A DNA stretch of 64,000 nucleotides from Nemertoderma westbladi. Taxonomy: Eukaryota > Animalia > Xenacoelomorpha. The notes beneath the pieces are model-generated. The model was not told the DNA's origin, did no database searches, and worked only from the letters and a program-made list of their open reading frames with translations. Positions within the stretch are counted from its first letter, which is position 1. Each line of letters begins with the position of its first letter. Below, one piece after another: positions 24,001 to 36,000 of the stretch. The translations under genes and the position numbers were made by a program. The stretch spans positions 68,710-132,709 of the forward strand of contig JAUCBJ010000488.1 in the NCBI GenBank assembly GCA_032718475.1. Direction: 5' to 3'.

Positions 24001-27000
24001 TAAAGTTAGCGGTGTCAGAGTCAGGGTGGTACAAGTAAAACAAAGTTAGCGGTGTCAGTGTCAGGGTGGTACAAGTAAAATAAAGTTAGCGGTGTCAGTG
24101 TCAGGGTGGTACAAGTAAAATAAAGTTAGCGGTGTCAGAGTCAGGGTGGTACAAGTAAAATAAAGTTAGCGGTGTCAGTGTCAGGGTGGTACAAGTAAAA
24201 TAAAGTTAGCGGTGTCAGAGTCAGGGTGGTACAAGTAAAATAAAGTTAGCGTGTCAGTGTCAGGGTGGTACAAGTAAAATAAAGTTAGCGGTGTCAGAGT
24301 CAGGGTGGTACAAGTAAAACAAAGTTAGCGGTGTCAGAGTCAGGGTGGTACAAGTAAAATAAAGTTAGCGTGTCAGTGTTAGGGTGGTACAAGTAAAATA
24401 AAGTTAGCGTGTCAGTGTCAGGGTGGTACAAGTAAAATAAAGTTAGCGGTGTCAGGGTGGTATAAGTAAAATAAAGTTAGCGTGTCAGAGTCAGGGTGGT
24501 ACAAGTAAAATAAAGTTAGCGGTGTCAGTGTCAGGGTGGTACAAGTAAAATAAACTTAGCGGTGTCAGAGTCAGGGTGGTACAAGTAAAACAAAGTTAGC
24601 GCTGTCAGTGTCAGGGTGGTACAAGTAAAATAAAGTTAGCGGTGTCAGTGTCAGGGTGGTACAAGTAAAATAAAGTTAGCGCTGTCAGTGTCAGGGTGGT
24701 ACAAGTAAAATAAAGTTAGCGGTGTCAGTGTCAGAGTGGTACAAGTAAAATAAAGTTAGCGGTGTCAGAGTCAGGGTGGTACAAGTAAAACAAAGTTAGC
24801 GGTGTCAGAGTCAGGGTGGTACAAGTAAAATAAAGTTAGCGGTGTCAGGGTGGTACAAGTAAAATAAAGTTAGCGGTGTCAGAGTCAGGGTGGTACAAGT
24901 AAAATAAAGTTAGCGGTGTCAGAGTCAGGGTGGTACAAGTAAAATAAAGTTAGCGGTGTCAGAGTCAGGGTGGTACAAGTAAAATAAAGTTAGCGGTGTC
25001 AGAGTCAGGGTGGTACAAGTAAAATAAAGTTAGCGGTGTCAGGGTGGTATAAGTAAAATAAAGTTAGCGGTGTCAGTGTCAGGGTGGTACAAGTAAAATA
25101 AAGTTAGCGTGTCAGTGTCAGGGTGGTACAAGTAAAATAAAGTTAGCGGTGTCAGAGTCAGGGTGGTACAAGTAAAATAAAGTTAGCGGTGTCAGGGTGG
25201 TACAAGTAAAATAAAGTTAGCGGTGTCAGGGTGGTACAAGTAAAATAAAGTTAGCGGTGTCAGAGTCAGGGTGGTATAAGTAAAATAAAGTTAGCGGTGT
25301 CAGAGTCAGGGTGGTACAAGTAAAATAAAGTTAGCGTGTCAGTGTCAGGGTGGTACAAGTAAAATAAAGTTAGCGGTGTCAGAGTCAGGGTGGTACAAGG
25401 AAAATAAAGTTAGCGGTGTCAGAGTCAGGGTGGTACAAGTAAAATAAAGTTAGCGGTGTCAGAGTCAGGGTGGTACAAGTAAAATAAAGTTAGCGGTGTC
25501 AGAGTCAGGGTGGTACAAGTAAAATAAAGTTAGCGTGTCAGTGTCATGGTGGTACAAGTAAAATAAAGTTAGCGGTGTCAGAGTCAGGGTGGTACAAGTA
25601 AAATAAAGTTAGCGGTGTCAGTGTCAGGGTGGTACAAGTAAAATAAAGTTAGCGGTGTCAGTGTCAGGGTGGTACAAGTAAAATAAAGTTAGCGGTGTCA
25701 GTGTCAGGGTGGTACAAGTAAAATAAAGTTAGCGTGTCAGTGTCAGGGTGGTACAAGTAAAGAAAGTTAGCGGTGTCAGGGTGGTACAAGTAAAATAAAG
25801 TTAGCGTGTCAGTGTCAGGGTGGTACAAGTAAAATAAAGTTAGCGGTGTCAGGGTGGTACAAGTAAAATAAAGTTAGCGGTGTCAGGGTGGTACAAGTAA
25901 AATAAAGTTAGCGTGTCAGTGTCAGGGTGGTACAAGTAAAATAAAGTTAGCGGTGTCAGGGTGGTATAAGTAAAATAAAGTTAGCGTGTCAGAATCAGGG
26001 TGGTACAAGTAAAATAAAGTTAGCGGTGTCAGTGTCAGGGTGGTACAAGTAAAAGAAACTTAGCGGTGTCAGAGTCAGGGTGGTACAAGTAAAATAAAGT
26101 TAGCGGTGTCAGAGTCAGGGTGGTACAAGTAAAATAAAGTTAGCGGTGTCAGAGTCAGGGTGGTACAAGTAAAATAAAGTTAGCGGTGTCAGAGTTAGGG
26201 TGGTACAAGTAAAATAAAGTTAGCGGTGTCAGAGTCAGGGTGGTACAAGTAAAATAAAGTTAGCGGTGTCAGAGTTAGGGTGGTAAAAGTAAAATAAAGT
26301 TAGCGGTGTCAGAGTCAGGGTGGTACAAGTAAAATAAAGTTAGCGGTGTCAGAGTTAGGGTGGAACAAGTAAAATAAAGTTAGCGGTGTCAGAGTCAGGG
26401 TGGTACAAGTAATATAAAGTTAGCGGTGTCAGAGTCAGGGTGGTACAAGTAAAATAAAGTTAGCGGTGTCAGAGTTAGGGTGGTACAAGTAAAATAAAGT
26501 TAGCGGTGTCAGAGTCAGGGCGGTACAAGTAAAATAATGTTAGCGGTGTCAGAGTCAGGGTGGTACAAGTAAAATAAAGTTAGCGTGTCAGTGTCAGGGT
26601 GGTACAAGTAAAATAAAGTTAGCGGTGTCAGAGTCAGGGTGGTACAAGTAAAATAAAGTTAGCGGTGTCAGAGTCAGGGTGGTACAAGTAAAATAAAGTT
26701 AGCGGTGTCAGAGTCAGGGTGGTACAAGTAAAATAAAGTTAGCGGTGTCAGGGTGGTATAAGTAAAATAAAGTTAGCGGTGTCAGAGTCAGGGTGGTACA
26801 AGTAAAACAAAGTTAGCGGTGTCAGTGTCAGGGTGGTACAAGTAAAATAAAGTTAGCGGTGTCAGTGTCAGGGTGGTACAAGTAAAATAAAGTTAGCGGT
26901 GTCAGAGTCAGGGTGGTACAAGTAAAATAAAGTTAGCGGTGTCAGAGTCAGGGTGGTACAAGTAAAATAAAGTTAGCGGTGTCAGAGTCAGGGTGGTACA

Positions 27001-30000
27001 AGTAAAATAAAGTTAGCGGTGTCAGAGTCAGGGTGGTACAAGTAAAATAAAGTTAGCGGTGTCAGAGTCAGGGTGGTACAAGTAAAATAAAGTTAGCGGT
27101 GTCAGGGTGGTATAAGTAAAATAAAGTTAGCGGTGTCAGAGTCAGGGTGGTACAAATAAAACAAAGTTAGCGGTGTCAGTGTCAGGGTGGTACAAGTAAA
27201 ATAAAGTTAGCGGTGTCAGAGTCAGGGTGGTACAAGTAAAATAAAGTTAGCGGTGTCAGAGTCAGGGTGGTACAAGTAAAATAAAGTTAGCGGTGTCAGG
27301 GTGGTATAAGTAAAATAAAGTTAGCGGTGTCAGAGTCAGGGTGGTACAAGTAAAACAAAGTTAGCGGTGTCAGTGTCAGGGTGGTACAAGTAAAATAAAG
27401 TTAGCGGTGTCAGTGTCAGGGTGGTACAAGTAAAATAAAGTTAGCGGTGTCAGAGTCAGGGTGGTACAAGTAAAATAAAGTTAGCGGTGTCAGTGTCAGG
27501 GTGGTACAAGTAAAATAAAGTTAGCGGTGTCAGAGTCAGGGTGGTACAAGTAAAATAAAGTTAGCGTGTCAGTGTCAGGGTGGTACAAGTAAAATAAAGT
27601 TAGCGGTGTCAGAGTCAGGGTGGTACAAGTAAAACAAAGTTAGCGGTGTCAGAGTCAGGGTGGTACAAGTAAAATAAAGTTAGCGTGTCAGTGTTAGGGT
27701 GGTACAAGTAAAATAAAGTTAGCGTGTCAGTGTCAGGGTGGTACAAGTAAAATAAAGTTAGCGGTGTCAGGGTGGTATAAGTAAAATAAAGTTAGCGTGT
27801 CAGAGTCAGGGTGGTACAAGTAAAATAAAGTTAGCGGTGTCAGTGTCAGGGTGGTACAAGTAAAATAAACTTAGCGGTGTCAGAGTCAGGGTGGTACAAG
27901 TAAAACAAAGTTAGCGCTGTCAGTGTCAGGGTGGTACAAGTAAAATAAAGTTAGCGGTGTCAGTGTCAGGGTGGTACAAGTAAAATAAAGTTAGCGCTGT
28001 CAGTGTCAGGGTGGTACAAGTAAAATAAAGTTAGCGGTGTCAGTGTCAGAGTGGTACAAGTAAAATAAAGTTAGCGGTGTCAGAGTCAGGGTGGTACAAG
28101 TAAAACAAAGTTAGCGGTGTCAGAGTCAGGGTGGTACAAGTAAAATAAAGTTAGCGGTGTCAGGGTGGTACAAGTAAAATAAAGTTAGCGGTGTCAGAGT
28201 CAGGGTGGTACAAGTAAAATAAAGTTAGCGGTGTCAGAGTCAGGGTGGTACAAGTAAAATAAAGTTAGCGGTGTCAGAGTCAGGGTGGTACAAGTAAAAT
28301 AAAGTTAGCGGTGTCAGAGTCAGGGTGGTACAAGTAAAATAAAGTTAGCGGTGTCAGGGTGGTATAAGTAAAATAAAGTTAGCGGTGTCAGTGTCAGGGT
28401 GGTACAAGTAAAATAAAGTTAGCGTGTCAGTGTCAGGGTGGTACAAGTAAAATAAAGTTAGCGGTGTCAGAGTCAGGGTGGTACAAGTAAAATAAAGTTA
28501 GCGGTGTCAGGGTGGTACAAGTAAAATAAAGTTAGCGGTGTCAGGGTGGTACAAGTAAAATAAAGTTAGCGGTGTCAGAGTCAGGGTGGTATAAGTAAAA
28601 TAAAGTTAGCGGTGTCAGAGTCAGGGTGGTACAAGTAAAATAAAGTTAGCGGTGTCAGTGTCAGGGTGGTACAAGTAAAACAAAGTTAGCGGTGTCAGAG
28701 TCAGGGTGGTACAAGTAAAATAAAGTTAGCGGTGTCAGGGTGGTACAAGTAAAATAAAGTTAGCGGTGTCAGAGTCAGGGTGGTACAAGTAAAATAAAGT
28801 TAGCGGTGTCAGGGTGGTACAAGTAAAACAAAGTTAGCGGTGTCAGTGTCGGGGTGGTACAAGTAAAATAAAGTTAGCGGTGTCAGTGTCAGGGTGGTAC
28901 AAGTAAAATAAAGTTAGCGGTGTCAGTGTCAGGGTGGTACAAGTAAAATAAAGTTAGCGGTGTCAGTGTCAGGGTGGTACAAGTAAAATAAAGTTAGCGG
29001 TGTCAGAGTCAGGGTGGTACAAGTAAAATAAAGTTAGCGGTGTCAGTGTCAGGGTGGTACAAGTAAAATAAAGTTAGCGGTGTCAGTGTCAGGGTGGTAC
29101 AAGTAAAATAAAGTTAGCAGTGTCAGAGTCAGGGTGGTACAAGTAAAATAAAGTTAGCGGTGTCAGAGTCAGGGTGGTACAAGTGAAATAAAGTTAGCGT
29201 GTCAGAGTCAGGGTGGTACAAGTAAAATAAAGTTAGCGGTGTCAGGGTGGTACAAGTAAAACAAAGTTAGCGGTGTCAGAGTCAGGGTGGTACAAGTAAA
29301 ATAAAGTTAGCGGTGTCAGTGTCAGGGTGGTACAAGTAAAATAAAGTTAGCGGTGTCAGAGTCAGGGTGGTACAAGTAAAATAAAGTTAGCGGTGTCAGG
29401 GTGGTACAAGTAAAATAAAGTTAGCGGTGTCAGGGTGGTACAAGTAAAACAAAGTTAGCGGTGTCAGAGTCAGGGTGGTACAAGTAAAATAAAGTTAGCG
29501 GTGTCAGAGTCAGGGTGGTACAAGTAAAATAAAGTTAGCGTGTCAGAGTCAGGGTGGTACAAGTAAAATAAAGTTAGCGGTGTCAGTGTCAGGGTGGTAC
29601 AAGTAAAATAAAGTTAGCGGTGTCAGTGTCAGGGTGGTACAAGTAAAATAAAGTTAGCGGTGTCAGTGTCAGGGTGGTAGAAGTAAAATAAAGTTAGCGG
29701 TGTCAGGGTGGTACAAGTAAAACAAAGTTAGCGATGTCAGAGTCAGGGTGGTACAAGTAAAATAAAGTTAGCGGTGTCAGAGTCAGGGCGGTACAAGTAA
29801 AATAAAGTTAGCGGTGTCAGGGTGGTACAAGTAAAACAAAGTTAGCGGTGTCAGAGTCAGGGTGGTACAAGTAAAATAAAGTTAGCGGTGTCAGAGTCAG
29901 GGTGGTACAAGTAAAATAAAGTTAGCGTGTCAGAGTCAGGGTGGTGCAAGCAAAATAAAGTTAGCGGTGTCAGTGTCAGGGTGGTACAAGTAAAATAAAG

Positions 30001-33000
30001 TTAGCGGTGTCAGAGTCAGGGTGGTACAAGTAAAATAAAGTTAGCGGTGTCAGAGTCAGGGTGGTACAAGTAAAATAAAGTTAGCGTGTCAGAGTCAGGG
30101 TGGTACAAGTAAAATAAGGTTAGCGGTGTCAGTGTCAGGGTGGTACAAGTAAAATAAAGTTAGCGCTGTCAGTGTCAGGGTGGTACAAGTAAAATAAAGT
30201 TAGCGGTGTCAGTGTCAGGGTGGTACAAGTAAAATAAAGTTAGCGGTGTCAGGGTGGTACAAGTAAAATAAAGTTAGCGTGTCAGTGTCAGGGTGGTACA
30301 AGTAAAATAAAGTTAGCGGTGTCAGAGTCAGGGTGGTACAAGTAAAATAAAGTTAGCGGTGTCAGGGTGGTACAAGTAAAATAAAGTTAGCGGTGTCAGT
30401 GTCGGGGTGGTAAAATAAAGTTAGCGGTGTCAGTGTCAGGGTGGTACAAGTAAAACAAAGTTAGCGGTGTCAGAGTCAGGGTGGTACAAGTAAAATAAAG
30501 TTAGCGGTGTCAGGGTGGTACAAGTAAAATAAAGTTAGCGGTGTCAGAGTCAGGGTGGTACAAGTAAAATAAAGTTAGCGGTGTCAGGGTGGTACAAGTA
30601 AAACAAAGTTAGCGGTGTCAGTGTCGGGGTGGTACAAGTAAAATAAAGTTAGCGGTGTCAGTGTCAGGGTGGTACAAGTAAAATAAATTTAGCGGTGTCA
30701 GAGTCAGGGTGGTACAAGTAAAATAAAGTTAGCGGTGTCAGAGTCAGGGTGGTACAAGTAAAATAAAGTTAGCGTGTCAGAGTCAGGGTGGTGCAAGCAA
30801 AATAAAGTTAGCGGTGTCAGTGTCAGGGTGGTACAAGTAAAATAAAGTTAGCGGTGTCAGAGTCAGGGTGGTACAAGTAAAATAAAGTTAGCGGTGTCAG
30901 AGTCAGGGTGGTACAAGTAAAATAAAGTTAGCGTGTCAGAGTCAGGGTGGTACAAGTAAAATAAGGTTAGCGGTGTCAGTGTCAGGGTGGTACAAGTAAA
31001 ATAAAGTTAGCGCTGTCAGTGTCAGGGTGGTACAAGTAAAATAAAGTTAGCGGTGTCAGTGTCAGGGTGGTACAAGTAAAATAAAGTTAGCGGTGTCAGG
31101 GTGGTACAAGTAAAATAAAGTTAGCGTGTCAGTGTCAGGGTGGTACAAGTAAAATAAAGTTAGCGGTGTCAGAGTCAGGGTGGTACAAGTAAAATAAAGT
31201 TAGCGGTGTCAGGGTGGTACAAGTAAAATAAAGTTAGCGGTGTCAGGGTGGTACAAGTAAAATAAAGTTAGCGGTGTCAGAGTCAGGGTGGTATAAGTAA
31301 AATAAAGTTAGCGGTGTCAGAGTCAGGGTGGTAAAATAAAGTTAGCGGTGTCAGTGTCAGGGTGGTACAAGTAAAACAAAGTTAGCGGTGTCAGAGTCAG
31401 GGTGGTACAAGTAAAATAAAGTTAGCGGTGTCAGGGTGGTACAAGTAAAATAAAGTTAGCGGTGTCAGAGTCAGGGTGGTACAAGTAAAATAAAGTTAGC
31501 GGTGTCAGGGTGGTACAAGTAAAACAAAGTTAGCGGTGTCAGTGTCGGGGTGGTACAAGTAAAATAAAGTTAGCGGTGTCAGTGTCAGGGTGGTACAAGT
31601 AAAATAAATTTAGCGGTGTCATTGTCAGGGTGGTACAAGTAAAATAAAGTTAGCGGTGTCAGTGTCAGGGTGGTACAAGTAAAATAAAGTTAGCGGTGTC
31701 AGAGTCAGGGTGGTACAAGTAAAATAAAGTTAGCGGTGTCAGTGTCAGGGTGGTACAAGTAAAATAAAGTTAGCGGTGTCAGTGTCAGGGTGGTACAAGT
31801 AAAATAAAGTTAGCAGTGTCAGAGTCAGGGTGGTACAAGTAAAATAAAGTTAGCGGTGTCAGAGTCAGGGTGGTACAAGTAAAATAAAGTTACCGTGTCA
31901 GAGTCAGGGTGGTACAAGTAAAATAAAGTTAGCGGTGTCAGTGTGGTACAAGTAAAATAAAGTTAGCGGTGTCAGAGTCAGGGTGGTACAAGTAAAATAA
32001 AGTTAGCGGTGTCAGAGTCAGGGTGGTACAAGTAAAATAAAGTTAGCGTGTCAGAGTCAGGGTGGTACAAGTAAAATAAGGTTAGCGGTGTCAGTGTCAG
32101 GGTGGTACAAGTAAAATAAAGTTAGCGCTGTCAGTGTCAGGGTGGTACAAGTAAAATAAAGTTAGCGGTGTCAGTGTCAGGGTGGTACAAGTAAAATAAA
32201 GTTAGCGGTGTCAGGGTGGTACAAGTAAAATAAAGTTAGCGTGTCAGTGTCAGGGTGGTACAAGTAAAATAAAGTTAGCGGTGTCAGAGTCAGGGTGGTA
32301 CAAGTAAAATAAAGTTAGCGGTGTCAGGGTGGTACAAGTAAAATAAAGTTAGCGGTGTCAGAGTCAGGGTGGTACAAGTAAAATAAAGTTAGCGGTGTCA
32401 GGGTGGTACAAGTAAAACAAAGTTAGCGGTGTCAGTGTCGGGGTGGTACAAGTAAAATAAAGTTAGCGGTGTCAGTGTCAGGGTGGTATAAGTAAAATAA
32501 AGTTAGCGGTGTCAGAGTCAGGGTGGTAAAATAAAGTTAGCGGTGTCAGTGTCAGGGTGGTACAAGTAAAACAAAGTTAGCGGTGTCAGAGTCAGGGTGG
32601 TACAAGTAAAATAAAGTTAGCGGTGTCAGGGTGGTACAAGTAAAATAAAGTTAGCGGTGTCAGAGTCAGGGTGGTACAAGTAAAATAAAGTTAGCGGTGT
32701 CAGGGTGGTACAAGTAAAACAAAGTTAGCGGTGTCAGTGTCGGGGTGGTACAAGTAAAATAAAGTTAGCGGTGTCAGTGTCAGGGTGGTACAAGTAAAAT
32801 AAATTTAGCGGTGTCATTGTCAGGGTGGTACAAGTAAAATAAAGTTAGCGGTGTCAGTGTCAGGGTGGTACAAGTAAAATAAAGTTAGCGGTGTCAGAGT
32901 CAGGGTGGTACAAGTAAAATAAAGTTAGCGGTGTCAGTGTCAGGGTGGTACAAGTAAAATAAAGTTAGCGGTGTCAGTGTCAGGGTGGTACAAGTAAAAT

Positions 33001-36000
33001 AAAGTTAGCAGTGTCAGAGTCAGGGTGGTACAAGTAAAATAAAGTTAGCGGTGTCAGAATCAGGGTGGTACAAGTGAAATAAAGTTAGCGTGTCAGAGTC
33101 AGGGTGGTACAAGTAAAATAAAGTTAGCGGTGTCAGGGTGGTACAAGTAAAACAAAGTTAGCGGTGTCAGAGTCAGGGTGGTACAAGTAAAATAAAGTTA
33201 GCGGTGTCAGTGTCAGGGTGGTACAATTAAAATAAAGTTAGCGGTGTCAGAGTCAGGGTGGTACAAGTAAAATAAAGTTAGCGGTGTCAGGGTGGTACAA
33301 GTAAAATAAAGTTAGCGGTGTCAGGGTGGTACAAGTAAAACAAAGTTAGCGGTGTCAGAGTCAGGGTGGTACAAGTAAAATAAAGTTAGCGGTGTCAGAG
33401 TCAGGGTGGTACATGTAAAATAAAGTTAGCGTGTCAGAGTCAGGGTGGTACAAGTAAAATAAAGTTAGCGGTGTCAGTGTCAGGGTGGTACAAGTAAAAT
33501 AAAGTTAGCGGTGTCAGTGTCAGGGTGGTACAAGTAAAATAAAGTTAGCGGTGTCAGGGTGGTACAAGTAAAACAAAGTTAGCGGTGTCAGAGTCAGGGT
33601 GGTACAAGTAAAATAAAGTTAGCGGTGTCAGAGTCAGGGCGGTACAAGTAAAATAAAGTTAGCGGTGTCAGGGTGGTACAAGTAAAACAAAGTTAGCGGT
33701 GTCAGAGACAGGGTGGTACAAGTAAAATAAAGTTAGCGGTGTCAGAGTCAGGGTGGTACAAGTAAAATAAAGTTAGCGTGTCAGAGTCAGGGTGGTACAA
33801 GTAAAATAAAGTTAGCGGTGTCAGTGTCAGGGTGGTACAAGTAAAATAAAGTTAGCGGTGTCAGAGTCAGGGTGGTACAAGTAAAATAAAGTTAGCGGTG
33901 TCAGAGTCAGGGTGGTACAAGTAAAATAAAGTTAGCGTGTCAGAGTCAGGGTGGTACAAGTAAAATAAGGTTAGCGGTGTCAGTGTCAGGGTGGTACAAG
34001 TAAAATAAAGTTAGCGCTGTCAGTGTCAGGGTGGTACAAGTAAAATAAAGTTAGCGGTGTCAGTGTCAGGGTGGTACAAGTAAAATAAAGTTAGCGGTGT
34101 CAGGGTGGTACAAGTAAAATAAAGTTAGCGGTGTCAGTGTCAGGGTGGTACAAGTAAAATAAAGTTAGCGGTGTCAGGGTGGTACAAGTAAAACAAAGTT
34201 AGCGGTGTCAGAGTCAGGGTGGTACAAGTAAAATAAAGTTAGCGGTGTCAGAGTCAGGGCGGTACAAGTAAAATAAAGTTAGCGGTGTCAGGGTGGTACA
34301 AGTAAAACAAAGTTAGCGGTGTCAGAGACAGGGTGGTACAAGTAAAATAAAGTTAGCGGTGTCAGAGTCAGGGTGGTACAAGTAAAATAAAGTTAGCGTG
34401 TTAGAGTCAGGGTGGTACAAGTAAAATAAAGTTAGCGGTGTCAGTGTCAGGGTGGTAGAAGTAAAATAAAGTTAGCGGTGTCAGAGTCAGGGTGGTACAA
34501 ATAAAATAAAGTTAACGGTGTCAGAGTCAGGGTGGTACAAGTAAAATAAAGTTAGCGTGTCAGAGTCAGGGTGGTACAAGTAAAATAAAGTTAGCGGTGT
34601 CAGTGTCAGGGTGGTACAAGTAAAATAAAGTTAGCGCTGTCAGTGTCAGGGTGGTACAAGTAAAATAAAGTTAGCGGTGTCAGTGTCAGGGTGGTACAAG
34701 TAAAATAAATTTAGCGGTGTCAGAGTTAGGGTGGTACAAGTAAAACAAAGTTAGCGGTGTCAGAGTCAGGGTGGTACAAGTAAAATAAAGTTAGCGGTGT
34801 CAGAGTCAGGGTGGTACAAGTAAAACAAAGTTAGCGGTGTCAGTGTCAGGGTGGTACAAGTAAAATAAAGTTAGCGGTGTCAGAGTCAGGGTGGTACAAG
34901 TAAAATAAAGTTAGCGGTGTCAGGGTGGTACAAGTAAAATAAAGTTAGCGGTGTCAGAGTCAGGGTGGTACAAGTAAAATAAAGTTAGCGGTGTCAGGGT
35001 GGTACAAGTAAAACAAAGTTAGCGGTGTCAGAGTCAGGGTGGTACAAGTAAAATAAAGTTAGCGGTGTCAGTGTCAGGGTGGTACAAGTAAAATAAAGTT
35101 AGCGGTGTCAGAGTCAGGGTGGTACAAGTAAAATAAAGTTAGCGGTGTCAGGGTGGTACAAGTAAAATAAAGTTAGCGGTGTCAGAGTCAGGGTGGTACA
35201 AGTAAAATAAAGTTAGCGGTGTCAGGGTGGTACAAGTAAAACAAAGTCAGCGGTGTCAGAGTCAGGGTGGTACAAGTAAAATAAAGTTAGCGGTGTCAGT
35301 GTCAGGGTGGTACAAGTAAAATAAAGTTAGCGTTTCAGTGTCAGGGTGGTACAAGTAAAATAAAGTTAGCGGTGTCAGTGTCAGGGTGGTACAAGTAAAA
35401 TAAAGTTAGCGGTGTCAGGGTGGTATAAGTAATATGAAGTTAGCGGTGTCAGAGTGGTACAGGTAAAACAAAGTTAGCGGTGTCAGGGTGGTACAAGTAA
35501 AATAAAGTTAGCGGTGTCAGAGTTAGGGTGGAACAAGTAAAATAAAGTTAGCGGTGTCAGAGTCAGGGTGGTACAAGTAAAATAAAGTTAGCGGTATCAG
35601 AGTCAGGGTGGTACAAGTAAAATAAAGTTAGCGGTGTCAGAGTCAGGGTGGTACAAGTAAAATAAAGTTAGCGGTGTCAGAGTTAGGGTGGTAAAAGTAA
35701 AATAAAGTTAGCGGTGTCAGAGTCAGGGTGGTACAAGTAAAATAAAGTTAGCGGTGTCAGAGTTAGGGTGGAACAAGTAAAATAAAGTTAGCGGTGTCAG
35801 AGTCAGGGTGGTACAAGTAAAATAAAGTTAGCGGTGTCAGAGTCAGGGTGGTACAAGTAAAATAAAGTTAGCGGTGTCAGAGTTAGGGTGGTACAAGTAA
35901 AATAAAGTTAGCGGTGTCAGAGTCAGGGTGGTACAAGTAAAATAATGTTAGCGATGTCAGAGTCAGGGTGGTACAAGTAAAATAAAGTTAGCGTGTCAGT

